Of a stretch of 64,000 bases of DNA, positions 1 to 12,000 are shown piece after piece. Source of the DNA: Botryllus schlosseri (taxonomy: Eukaryota); the NCBI GenBank assembly GCA_051294905.1, contig CM119381.1:21514001-21578000 (forward strand), given 5' to 3'. The position numbers and the translations under genes were made by a program. The notes below the pieces were generated by a model that was given only the letters and a program-made list of their open reading frames with translations, searched no databases and had not been told where the DNA came from. Every line of letters begins with the position of its first letter. Position 1 is the first letter of the stretch.

Positions 1-99
1 GCCGCAATCAATAATATATCGTTGGCGGCAACATATAGCGCTGTGCTATAGCCGTACATTTTAACGGCAGTGCGAACAAGCGACCTACCAATCGGAGAT

Positions 100-285
100 G
101 TTGATAACTATGTTTGTAATTTGAATTTGTTATTGAGAATGTTCCTCCAAAGTGAGTTCAGTTCTCGCCGACGATTAGAAGATAATGTGTCTTTTGAAAA
201 CTGCATTGACATACAAGCGTCGTCACGTCTGATTTCCTCTATGATCAATCAATGCATCGTGCCGTCCAAATTTTGACATGCGTTT
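100..285. repeat. Diverged relic of the internal region of the hAT MITE family seen at 14170-15542 and 44270-45668
   Basis: Segments such as tttgaaaactgcattg and caatcaatgcatcgtgc align by eye with ~15100-15250. No termini found. The supplied ORF 70..276 resembles ORF 15080..15271 for this reason only. Confidence 0.5.
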
Positions 286-1120
286 GAGGTTTGACCCCAC
301 GATGAAGATTTATAATGAGATCTTTACCAAAAGCACAGATAAAGAATAGAGTGGCTTGCTGACTAGTCGATCGTTGATGCTTGGATCGAATCGCGCGCCC
401 AATACGATGCCATAACACGTAGCAACCAATCTATCAACGCCGAAAAGGTGACGGTCCCAGAGTAGAGGCACGCAATTACTTCACGCTCTTCTAGAATAGT
501 TTTGTCGTGTCCGTATAATTTTATCCACGCCGCGGTACACTGCACAAATATATAGCATGATTGATAACCTAATTTGTGAAAATCAAAGCTAGGGTAACTC
601 AGATATCGAGGTTTGTCGATAAGATCAAGAAAGGTCAATCAGGGTAGCTTCGCAATGAGCAACTGCGCAGTCATTAGTGAGCCCGATCGAAGACATGACA
701 TTGCGATTATTGTCAAGACATAATATTTTTTCCCTCTTCTTATATTTCGTTATTTTTACTGATATACCCTGCTATTGGTTAAGTTTGACTGACAACACCA
801 CATTCATCATATTATAACAATACCGCTACTGTTGTTTATATCAGATCAACATATAATGGTGCGTTGGGTATGGTTGCTGCTAACTGAAATGCATCCACAT
901 CTTTTAGTGTTGGATCGTGTATGACTTTGTGAGAACTTTCTACAGCAAATTTTCTCAATTCCCTGGTCTCCGGTGCCAATAGTTTTATATCGAGGTTATG
1001 TGTAATACATCAGTTTGTATTCTGAGCACTGGACACTGAAGCATGTATTCTGGCAATGCTGTGGATTTCCAGGGCGTGTACGGAAATTAAGTTGATAATT
1101 CCAAACACGAGGAACCGCTA

Positions 1121-1776
1121 GGGGCGGTCAACCTTTTCGGCCAGAGAGCCACATTAGATTTACGAACAATTGCGCGGGCTATTTTCCTCCGATAGGAGTG
1201 AACCGGATTAGGTTTTGAAAGCAAGATTTATCTTACTACGATTCAAAATCAATAACAACTATACGCCATGAAAATCGCGCAAAATATGTTCAGAGTTAAT
1301 GAAGGTATCCGCTCAATAATATTGTTACTTGCATATATTGCGGGTCGCCTCTTTATACCGCTGGGCTCATTTGGCAAGGGCCTGGTTACTCGGCGCTTGG
1401 ATATATAAATATCGAAGATTTCGGCGACAACAGCAAGAACTCGAGTGACCATAAAACGCGCGAAGGTCTAAGAAAAATTTCAAGTCAAATTAATCTGCCA
1501 CGAAATATTCTACTTTATGGTCATATACGAAGATCTACGAAATATGTGTCGGGCCCCTGGCTACGCAAATGCGTCGGAACTGATATTTTAGTCATCAACA
1601 ACCCAAATTTAGCAGTCAGACTAATTCAATTTTTGCTTGGCCTTGCGAGTTCATAATAAATTACCTGACGAAATTCTTTTTTAAAATATAACTTATTTCT
1701 ACAATTACCTCGTGAGACACTCATAACCTTCTCGCGGGCCACATTTGGCCCACGGGCCACGGGTTGGCCACCCCTG
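1121..1776. mobile_element. Non-autonomous hAT (Buster/Charlie-like) MITE
   Basis: The left end (ca)ggggcggtcaacc and right end ggttggccacccctg are inverted. The right flank is cgctaaaa. The left flank retains only cgcta, implying a small deletion across the junction. Confidence 0.7.
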
Positions 1777-2358
1777 CGCTAAAAGGTAATTGTATTTGGT
1801 CGATATATAAACATTTATCGGTATAGTCTTCATTAGTTTACATGTGTGTGACATGCGTTAGAACTTGAAAGACATATTCATGCTCAGAAGTAACTCAACG
1901 ACGGATATATAACGATTTCACGAAGTCAATTACGAATATCGGTGGATTTGTGATTTCCAGTCACAATTCACGCATCTACCGTTGATTCATCGCATATGTG
2001 TCACTTGTGCTTTCGCAGAATCGTAGTTCGAATTACTAATCGCTAACAAGATTTATTGACACTGCACGCATCAGGCAGTAAGGCAAGTTATATATAGTGC
2101 GGGCTTAACGGTGATGACGAGACTACTAAAAGGAAGCATATGCAAAATGCATGTTGTAGTGGTTTGAGCATTATTTTGGCCAGACCAAGTTAAATTCAAA
2201 CGGCAACCAATTTCCCGGGCAGTACAACATTGAAAGGTGCTAGTTCCTTGCCGACCGCACAAATTTCATCTGTGGACCGCAGGCTGCGTAGTGAAATTAG
2301 TAGGGTTGCAATAATTTCAGATCCGAAAAAAATACACTTTTTTAAGTTTCAATAAAAG

Positions 2359-2793
2359 ATGCCCAGATATCTGACGGTAATATTCATGGCCAGGTCGCCT
2401 TCCCTGATAACTTGTGTGCAGAGAAGTGGGTCCAATGGTTCAATATCCCTTGAATATCAACGCATTCCAGCGACAGCGGTTTTTTTCTTACCCTCCTTGT
2501 AACCAAGGTCGATAACGCAAAGCAACGCCGATTCTTTCCCACATCTCGTCACTATCATCATCACGATGCAGCGGAGGCATAGTCACCACAGACTCAATAG
2601 GCTTTGTGTCGTATTTGACGGATGGTCTGAGATTCCAAACTGAATACACTTGTGACGCAGGGGGCTAGCGACGTCTAAAAAAACGGACTTTCTCCCCCCG
2701 GCCTATCTCGCGACTAACGAAATTCGGCATGCAGCAGCGTCTATCCACCGCTCGTTGCAAAGCCTCGACCAAAAACCTGCTAAAACTCGCCAT
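2359..2793 (-). pseudogene. Pseudogene copy of the stand-alone CaMKII hub-domain gene
   Basis: Translates MASFSRFLVEALQRAVDRRC... matching ORF 60672..61319. Lesions: CAG>TAG stop at 2665-2667, a 5-nt deletion frameshift after DEMW, two further ~24-27 nt deletions, and truncation after MNITVRY (the last ~55 codons are lost). Confidence 0.9.
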
Positions 2794-3136
2794 TACCTCA
2801 TGAAGGGCATTCCGTCACACCGAAAAATCACAGTATACTCTCGCCATACTACCCCGAGTAAGGCGGCAAGTTGCACCTGAGCTAAAGACTAGGCGAACTT
2901 CATAAGATTGCTTCTATACAAAATCCCATCTTTGAATATGTATTGCGCAGCGTAGTGCATTGCATACCTTCCAATTGGCAAGCTGATCAATCAGATTAGG
3001 TTCAATGAAATGGTATATCCAACGAGCGAACAAGCATTGGTTGTGATTTAGTAAGTTTAATTTTGGCAGACTACTTACATAGGTATGTGAGGCATATATA
3101 TCAATTTTAAATAAAATTAGTAAGCAGAATGCTTAC

Positions 3137-3219
3137 CGGATTAGCATGCGCAGTATCTAAACTTTCACATTAGTTTAGCCTTATATATGGTTCAGGATTT
3201 TCCGCTTGATTTAGATCAC
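3137..3219 (-). other. Putative 83-nt non-coding (5' UTR) exon upstream of the hub pseudogene
   Basis: On the - strand: tatttag|GTGATC...AATCCG|gtaagc. It has the same length and canonical splice signals as the paralogous block at 61688-61770. Confidence 0.35.
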
Positions 3220-3406
3220 CTAAATAAGGAATCGTTTGATTCTCTGAATGTAAAATAGGCTGTATATTCCACCCCAGCATTAGCGTTGTATGACTTGGTA
3301 TGCTTCTACACTTCGTGCGGAACATATTTGGTGGTCGGTATAGCTTGAAGCAAAATCTTGAGTATTGTCAAAATGCGCAGCAGCAAGAGTTCTCTTCTCT
3401 CTAAAA

Positions 3407-4558
3407 CAGTGGTTCCCAACCTGTGGTACGCGAAGGTCTTCCAGGTGGTACGCGAGTAGATTCTGTTTTTTTCGACCGAAGGTAGTTATTAGTTCAGGTG
3501 GCGTTGACTTCAAGTTTTTTGAAGCCGTCGTCGTCGTGGATAGGGAGACTCCCACCAATCACGACCTACGGCAGGGGTGGCCAACCTACGGCCGCATGCG
3601 GCCGTGGACACGTGATTCAATTAGCATGTGTTGGCGGCCGTCGACATGCAATTTGCATTTACGAATTGACACCCGATTTCTTGTTGGATTTTAATTAATC
3701 TTAAAATTTTCTTCGCGCTAGTCGCGAAGAGTAGAGGAAGATGATGCGCCCTATATAGAAATACCAACTCGAAATCGTGTACACCTATAACTATACCGAC
3801 AATCCTGATTGGAGGTCAAGAAATAACAGCATGCAACAAAGTGACTAATAACAATTGGCCCACCCGAAGATGCATCATAATTTATAACTTGGCCTCAATT
3901 TTCAAAAACACCCCTCTATCAACTCTACCGGTGAATATGACCACATCCATGGGCCGAGAAAGGATAAATGTCTGATAGTAATATGTAAAACTTCTAATAT
4001 TATTCACGAAATTCATCAGTAAATCTTTAAAAAAAATCGCGCTTCGCGCGGCAATGCCTGCAGTCCCATCACATCACCAGTGACCACTCGCGATTTCGTT
4101 GCGTATACCAAGCCTATGATTAAATATATTTTTTTGGAGTTCACCAGAAATGGACGTAGACACTCTAACGTGGACATTTGGCATCCACATATAGGTAATT
4201 ACGACTATATGCCCTGGAATGCTACATGAGTAGTTGAAATGCTGCCATGAATGGCAAAAAGGTTGGCCACCCCTGGCCTACGGGGAAGAGATCTATAGTC
4301 TTAAAGCATTGGGATTCTTACCTAACCATATTACGTTTTAATATATTAGACCACAATAATTCCAAATGTATCGATACAGAAATCATATACTGCACCTTAA
4401 AATGAGCAGTCTATTTTCTGTTTCGCTGCCTTCGGCAGCTCAACGCGGTAGAAACATTTTGACCGCCTTCGGCGCTCGTAACTTATGTATAGGTGGTACG
4501 CGAGCACTGCATAAAACCTCGAAATGGTACACGGGTGGAAAAAGGTTGGGAACCACTG
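3407..4558. mobile_element. hAT Buster-like MITE (host of a nested MITE)
   Basis: TIRs cagtggttcccaacc / ggttgggaaccactg. Perfect 8-bp TSD ctctaaaa (3399-3406, 4559-4566) with a central TA. Confidence 0.9.
3572..4275. mobile_element. hAT Buster-like MITE nested in 3407-4558
   Basis: TIRs caggggtggccaacc / ggttggccacccctg. TSD acctacgg/gcctacgg (7 of 8). Confidence 0.85.
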
Positions 4559-5507
4559 CTCTAAAATAATGTTTCCCAAACGTTTTATGGCCGCGGCCCA
4601 ATTTACGATTTGAAACTGCTCTGGGGCCCAGATCTGGCAACCCGAAGAAATCTTAGATAAAATTATATTCTGGACAATGCACTGGAAATCCCAGCGAATC
4701 GTCCTTCAAAGTAGAAAACCGGAGCGCCGCGAAAGGTCATTATTATACTCATTGTATCGCGGCGCTCCTATTGTTCGGTACAATGGTAATTTTCTAATTA
4801 GCGTGCAATTTTGTTCGGGCTCCAGTGCTCTGAGCAGAATATAATTCATATTTTCGGCATCGGCGCGACAGTAGCTTTCATTTAAGACCGTTTTCATTGA
4901 ATTTTGCGCTCAAGTTGGTTGTTATAAGACTACAATATACCCAGGCCGTGCTAGTTTTGGCATTTCGGGAACCAAATGTCAAAACTGCCTAAAATCAAAA
5001 TTGTAAAATGTCAAAAATAAGCTATTTTTGATATTGCTGGCATATATCAAAATATAGATTTTTATGAACGTTTTAGAAATGTCAACAAGCATTGAAATGA
5101 GTGTGCACTGTGCATGAAGCGACAAAGCAAGTGTGCAACGCTAAATTCCTAAATTGACGTCCGTGAACTCTTCGGAAGGCCGCGGTCTACCGTCCAAAGG
5201 ATCTATGTAATGAGAATGAAAATCTCAACGTCAAGGCAAAATAGTCGAGTACTGAAATCTGGGTTTACGATATACTGTTGATTGATCAACCCGGGTAGTA
5301 AATGATATCTAGCAATTAGAAGGATGTAGCTCAATGCCAATGAATTTTCCTGTTGTCACCTCTCGTGCATTTTGGTTACATCATGAAGCCGACACGCGCG
5401 ACTCCTGCTGCGTTTAAGTTGAGGCGTATATAATTCCATTTATTTTCAACTTCCTAATAAAAATGTCAGCATATCGTGCAATCACGTGCAATCTCGTTGG
5501 ACAATAG

Positions 5508-5741
5508 CAGGGTTACCATACGTCCTCCTTTAGGAGGATTTGTCCTCCTTTTTGAAGAAATGCCCCCCTCGCCCAAATGTTTTTGCCAACACCGTATCGT
5601 TAAAAGTGGGTAAGTCGGGAGTCGAGTCAAAGTGTTGACCTTTTTTAGTTAACGCAACAAGATTTCCAGTAAATATTTCAAAACCAGATGTTTTCAATTT
5701 CGGTAAACTAACGTTCCCGATTCCAAAATATGGTAGCCCTA
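5508..5741. mobile_element. hAT MITE, TAGGGTTACCATA-end family
   Basis: Ends cagggttaccata / tatggtagcccta. TSD gacaatag/gacaacag. Internal gtcctc repeats are shared with the copies at 9361, 11105 and 20639. Confidence 0.8.
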
Positions 5742-7360
5742 GACAACAGGGATATAGTTTCATCAATGAACAATTGAACACACCCATCTACACAGTGGAA
5801 AATGCATCAGTCGCCAAAAAGTAACCTCCATCAATGCCTACCAGACACAGTAAATATTCAGTTTGCCCGTTGAATATTTTTTTAAATTATATTGAATATT
5901 AAATCCACTCGTGATTTTTAACAATTGGTTAGCGAGTGAAGGGCTGTGATTCAAACGTATCAGAAACAATTTTGAATTGTTATCATACGTGGTATTGTGA
6001 TTTGTGTGAATGCAGGTAATTATGCATGCATATCGAATCGCTATTCGCATTAGATATTGCAGAAGCAGTTGGTCGGTTTTGTATTGGGTGAATTGACTTT
6101 CCTACGCCGTTGTCAATTCCGTTTTTACTACCGCGTTTGATATGATAGATTTCACTATAAAGCGTTTTACATCGTTAATTCGAGTATACAAATATTAATT
6201 CCTGGCGATGCCAAAACTGCCAAAACAAATTTGAAAAATGCCAAAAATAAGGTATACCTGAGTATACCTGTTTACGAAAGAGACCTGAAATTGCTGTTGT
6301 TTTCCGCCATCTTTGTGAATAGCCATGCAGTCACGTGTTTCCTATCTATCCGTGAATTACTCTTAAGTGGGCCGTGCTACAACCCAGCAGTTCAGGAATC
6401 ATCAAGAAGTGGTCGAAACTCCAACCCATGCAAAATCAACAACAAACAGACTTGTACAAACTACTAATTAATTGGTTGACGTTTAACTAACTGACGGTTT
6501 GTTTATTTGAGTAGTTCAAGTGGTAGCTCTAGTTTTTGATTTTTGTTCATGTATGATGTTCTCGCGGCCATTGCTAGCTCAGAGCCATCACTACGTAGAG
6601 TGGCGAAGTCAGATGATCAGGTTTTAGGGTCTTAACTCCTCCCCTTTCACATTCGAAACCCCGACCTTTCGAAATGCTGATCCTTTGTATAATATTTCCG
6701 ATAAAATGAAAATTTACGAGTCTCCTCGGGGAATTAAATATATCGCTCAGTATGTTCTTAACCTCTTATGTCATGGCAAGCGTACTTTATTCTGCAAGCG
6801 TACACATCCAACTACGCATGTTACATTGCTATGTGTGTAATACATTACTATGAATTCATGGCGTGCAAAATAAACTGCGCTTCAGGCGAGGGATAAAAAC
6901 ACATTACTATTAAAACATGATTATCGCACAAAACGAAAACAATATAATGAAAATGTGTGGCATATCACTGCTCCCTCTCGGAGACCAGTCCAGAAACTCG
7001 AGGCTTCGCCTTGGAAAGTGAAGCGCCACCGTGTTGTTCGGTCTTGCGCAACTGGGCGATACCAATTGCAAATGAGCTGTATTATAAATATGGGAGATAT
7101 ATAGCATCGACATTTTGGAAGGACATGGTTTCGATTTCGAACCCGAAACCTCCTCTGCCCATGACATTCCACAGAAACAGTCACAATTATACTATTAATC
7201 GGGCCTATATTTGCCTGCGACCAATAATGACCTAAACGGGAGTGTCATCACAAATCATGAGTCAGTGTATGTGACCTCCAGGAATGTCCCGGAGACTATG
7301 GCTCACTGAACGGGGTTCCCTGCGACAGCGGTCAAGAACAACTCATCTAGATAGTTGTGT

Positions 7361-7510
7361 TTTAGTTGGTTAGTTAGTTGATTAAATATTCTAAATGTTC
7401 GTTAGTTCTAGTTCTAGTTTCGGATTTTGAAAAGTGAGTTTAGTTCTGGTTCTATCGTTCTAGTTGCCAGTTTTAAAACGTGAGTAGTCCTAGTTCTAGT
7501 TCTAGTTGCG
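7361..7510. repeat. Low-complexity array of TAGTT/TTCTAG units
   Basis: ttagttggttagttagtt...gttagttctagttctagtt...ctagttctagttctagttg. Probably the subterminal array of a decayed MITE. Confidence 0.5.
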
Positions 7511-8962
7511 TATATTGAAACTATACAGCAGTTAGTACAAGTGTGACAACCACAGATAAAATCAATGAGTAGGTAAGAGAAAATTACCCTTGTTAAATAA
7601 TAATTGTTTTGCTGCAAATATCATATTTCTCAAAGCAAAGCCCTCAATATCTACATTTCACAGAAAAAGTAAAAAGTCCATTAAAATTTTCTTGGTGGCC
7701 TACTACTGGGCCATGACCCGCAGAACAAATATTAGCACGCTAAAGGCTACTTTATGCACATTGCACATGTGTGTCATCCTTTGGCGATTCAGTCGTATGC
7801 GCGCGGCTCTTCTTTTCATAAAGAGTGTTTGAACTGGTCATGCACAATGAACCGGGCAGAAATCTTGTATAAATACCGAGGGTGGAACAGTATTTCGGGG
7901 TCTTGAGCGGGTATCATTACGTCTCCTGCTGTAGTAGTCTTTTGCAAGGATTGTGGCAGATATTTTTCAGTGTAATTGGACAATACGTGGTTCCGTTATT
8001 GCAGATATCAAGAGCAGCATGGCTTACAATGCAGTCAGGTTTATGTCATACCTAGCATCCGAAACGGGGAGATGTGAATTATGGGATAAACGAGTCGAAA
8101 TAAATTGCGAATCTTTCGATCATTAGTGACGGTTTGTAAATTTGTCAGTCTTACAAACTTAGTACACAATAACCGTGTCCCAGATGGCGGATTAAAAATA
8201 ATATCGAAACCAAGAAAATTATACCAATGACATCGATATCTTCACAGATATTACAGATTGGCCGACAATCTAAACATAAGCGCTTTCTTAATTTATATTA
8301 TCTTTTTCTTTTCAAACTCTACTTTTGTCTCCTAGACGCTTCGTTGGTTAAATTTAACCCCGACATCAATCATAACATCTTCCGTTTGATTCACATTGAC
8401 ACACGGTCTTTTGATACGAAAAAGGTGCGATCCCGCATATCAGGCACAAAGCGATATTTATGTCACAGAGACTAATCCCTTCAGGACTTACAGCCGTACA
8501 TAGACAGTGACTGTCGAAGCAGATGTTCAGAACAGATAGTGATCCATTAAAAAAAGTATCAACTATTACGAACATGCAATCTCCACTGACGGGTCTACAA
8601 CGCGACTGCACGCACTGTTGCGCGAAGTGACGATAGTATTGCATCGGGATGTTAACGATCGTTCGAACTATAGCCCGCGCGTTATTGAAGTTAGTGTAGC
8701 GTGGTTAAGCAACAAATCATGCGAAGTAAATCCATCGTATACAGTAAGGTTGGTAATCACGTGGGACCCACAAGAGGTTAGTTTCTAGATGCAAGAGTAC
8801 ATTTGAAGTACATAAAACAACAGGGGAGTCACCGTATTTCAGCACATAACCAACGATGGAGTGTGGTATTAAGGCATTGAGATGGCAAATTCCCTGAGTA
8901 TTTTTAATGTCACGACCTAACATATATACTCTCCTATATTATTTCTTTCCGAGGCACATGTA

Positions 8963-9038
8963 ATGGCTGTAAACTATTATATTGCTTCACTCTTGTTTAT
9001 ATTCGGATTACTACCGAAAGCGGCCCCTCTTGAAAACC
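8963..9038 (+). CDS. Exon 1: signal peptide
   Basis: [25 protein letters not shown] followed by a strong donor C|gtaagt (phase 1), which matches the phase-1 acceptor at 9993. Confidence 0.8.
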
Positions 9039-12000
9039 GTAAGTGTTTGCTTTTGGTGTTAATTTTTCTTACGAAATTTTCTCTAAAAGTGGTAGTAGTA
9101 TCCACTACAGCAAATATTATTGATACAGCAATTTCAGGAATTGTCATGACGCGTTGAAAATGATTTTCCACAGTGTGGCGGTACTGCATGCTTCTAGTAC
9201 ATCCGTTTGTTCTGTTTCGGAAATATTTAGTTATTTTGTCTGCGGCAATGAATATTTAATTTTGAATTTATTTAAGTTTGGCGAATGATGCCTTGCAATC
9301 CTACATGGCGTGTAAGATTTCCAGGACATAATGCTATCCGTCAATTTGGGGAATATATAGTAGGCTTACCATATTTTGGAAATCTAAAAAGAGGACACTT
9401 TTTCAGAAATTTGAGACTTGCAAAACCGGAGAAGAATTCTCAAAATTCGGTGAACTTTTCCCACTTTGTGATCGGTTGACTAAAAAGAACCACATTGTCG
9501 GGTGGTTGACTAAAAAAAAAGGTCATCTTTTCGCTTAGAGCTCAAAATACCGTTTGAGCGTCACTGCTGTGCTAATTTACGGCATATCACTCGCATTTTG
9601 CTCTAAATATGACCTAAATTTTCAAAAAAGAGGACAAAAGGGCGTCCTCCGAGGACACTTCAAAAAAGTCAAAAAAGAGGACAAATCCTCTGAAAAGAGG
9701 ACGTATGGTAACCCCACGTATAGAGAATTACAGATACCCGTCGTTTCACATAATTTAGGAATAGAGAATGTAATCGGATGCACGGCGTGGAAAGAATGGA
9801 ATCACAAAATTCATAACATTCACGCCAAGAACGACACGAAGCCGTGGAAAAGCCGCGGTTGGGTCAGGCCTGTCGTGCCGCTTTCTAAAAAATCCCTCAC
9901 AATAGTCACGATAGATGGCACGACAGGCACATGTTTTGCTACATTCGATTTAGCAATAATTTAACAATGTATCGCATTATATGTCTCAACAGCTTGTAAT
10001 GGAACAGAAGTCGTCGTCAACGGAACAAGTGGATCGATTTCATCCCCAAATTACCCGGACGCCTACGGAAACAGCATGCTTTGCCGATGGAGAATAAGTA
10101 CTCCGAACAACACGGTGTGGATATACGATGTGCTTTAATATACAACACGTATATATAACATGAGATTGCCCACACGAAACTACCTTATACTATCAGGACC
10201 TTGCGATTACATGGCATCGCTTTATCGACTCGGGTTTCAGTACAAATCGTTCAAATTTCTGGAATGGATGATATATTCAGGATTCCGGACTAACGTTACA
10301 CTTGCAATGCTTCCAAGCAGCATACGTTCTTTCGTCCTAATTTATCCAACTCCATGTCACCGGCATTCTATTTTTAGAGGGTGGAGGTGAGGTTCGAATC
10401 CTTATTTGAAGTCGAACCAATCAGTCACACTGGCTGCTATGACTATATTGAGTTCGAGGACGTAAACAAGGTGCGGTATAAAGAGTGTATCCAAGTAACC
10501 AATTTTTATGCACCATATTATCGTTTGCCTGTACACTACAATAGGAACTTTGCGGACTAACGGCGCCACAGAGCTTCGTCACGCCAAGCAATGTGCTTTC
10601 GATATCTTTTTTTACTGACCAATATGTTACGATGCGAGGTTTTTCGTTCAATTGGACTGCGATAGGTGGGTATTTGCTCTATGTATGTACAGGTACAGTC
10701 GAGTTCGCTTAATTTCTATACACTTTGGTCTCGGCGAGCAAAAATCAGTTGTTCGTTTCGTTGTCATGCGTAGAAGCAGACAACACATTAAAGCTACTGT
10801 ACTGTAGCATAATAAATGAATTACAGTGGCGCTAGAATCTCGTACAGTATTTCGATATCAAGTGATTCAACAAACACCGTACAATATTGTGTGTAACACA
10901 CATATGCGAGGTTGAAACGAACGTTAATTCTTCAAATACAGTGCTAAGCCATACAGCAAGGGCTGAAACGGTATTAGCGCATTTGATATGTAACCACAAG
11001 GTAGGATTTAGAAGTCAAAAGCTGTGGGCCAGGCGGAAAATCTTCTCGAAAAGCTTACGACGCTTACTGAAGGCTAAATCCACGCAATCGTAATGAAGTA
11101 AAAGTAGGCTTACCATACGTCCTCTCTCAAGAGGATTTGTCCTCTTTTTTGACTTTTTTGAAAGTGTCCTCGGAGGACGCCCTCTTGTCCTCTTTTTTGA
11201 GACGTTGTCCTCTTTTTTGAAAATTTAGGTATAATTAGAGAAAAATGCGAGTGATATGCCGTAAATTAGCCGAGAAGTGACGCTCCGCCGGGTTTTTCGG
11301 AGTGAAAAACGGTGATTTGAGCTCTGAGCGAAAAGATGACCTTTTTTTTAGTCAACCGATCACAAAGTAGGAAAAATTCACCGATTTTGCAAGTCTCAAA
11401 TTTCTGAAAAAGTGTCCTCTTTTTAGATTTCCAAAATATGGTAAGCCTAAGTAAAAGCGACTATGAAGCCGGCATGGCTCTATATGAGTTGGGAATTGCG
11501 AACCTAGGTCCGAATTGAGCGGAGAATTGCCTGAATTAACTGGAGTTTTTTGCGTGTAATATTTACTTTTGTTTCGTCCCCGAGCCGAATAAAGCAGATG
11601 TCCAGCTTACGCGGTGTCCGACGGGTTCGACTCTATCTGAGTTACGTTACGAAAGACTTCGCAACATTCAATCGATATAGCGTGCCATAGACAAATACAG
11701 ACCGCCCACTACGATACCTGTGTGTTAAGGGGCAACGATCTGCAAGATCATCCGTTGGAAATGTGATATCGTCTCTCACGAACGAAATATTGAAGCAATT
11801 TTAATACGGTTTATGCCAGTGATGCTAAAAATCTCATTCCACCTTGCTATGTTTTGAATGGCTCCAAGGCAGGTGCCTTACGCGCACAAGGGCTCTGCCC
11901 TCAACAATAACAGTGTCATATACGATACCCAGCACCGTAACTGCCGCACCCCAAACCCCCCAATTAGGGGGGCCCAAGCTCGAAGGGGGCCCCAAATTAT

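Larger units (their letters stand above)
1010..3406. repeat. Segmental duplication copy 1 (paralogous to ~59585-61981)
   Basis: Colinear blocks are shared with copy 2: gtattc..gtgg.tttcc.gggc, ggtaattgtattt.gtcgatata, caattacgaatatcggtggatttg, the hub-gene body, cttaccggattagcatg and gcagcagcaa..tctctcta. Boundaries are approximate. Confidence 0.9.

Noticed and set aside
363-8700. Short ORFs between the window start and exon 1 (e.g. 363..638, 6957..7235, 8366..8644)
   Set aside because: No recognisable domains, no consistent splice pattern, and several overlap MITEs.
11598-11680. Possible extra phase-1 exon (VQLTRCPTG...) between CUB1 and CUB2
   Set aside because: There is no convincing donor before an in-frame stop and no domain similarity, and the model splices in frame without it.
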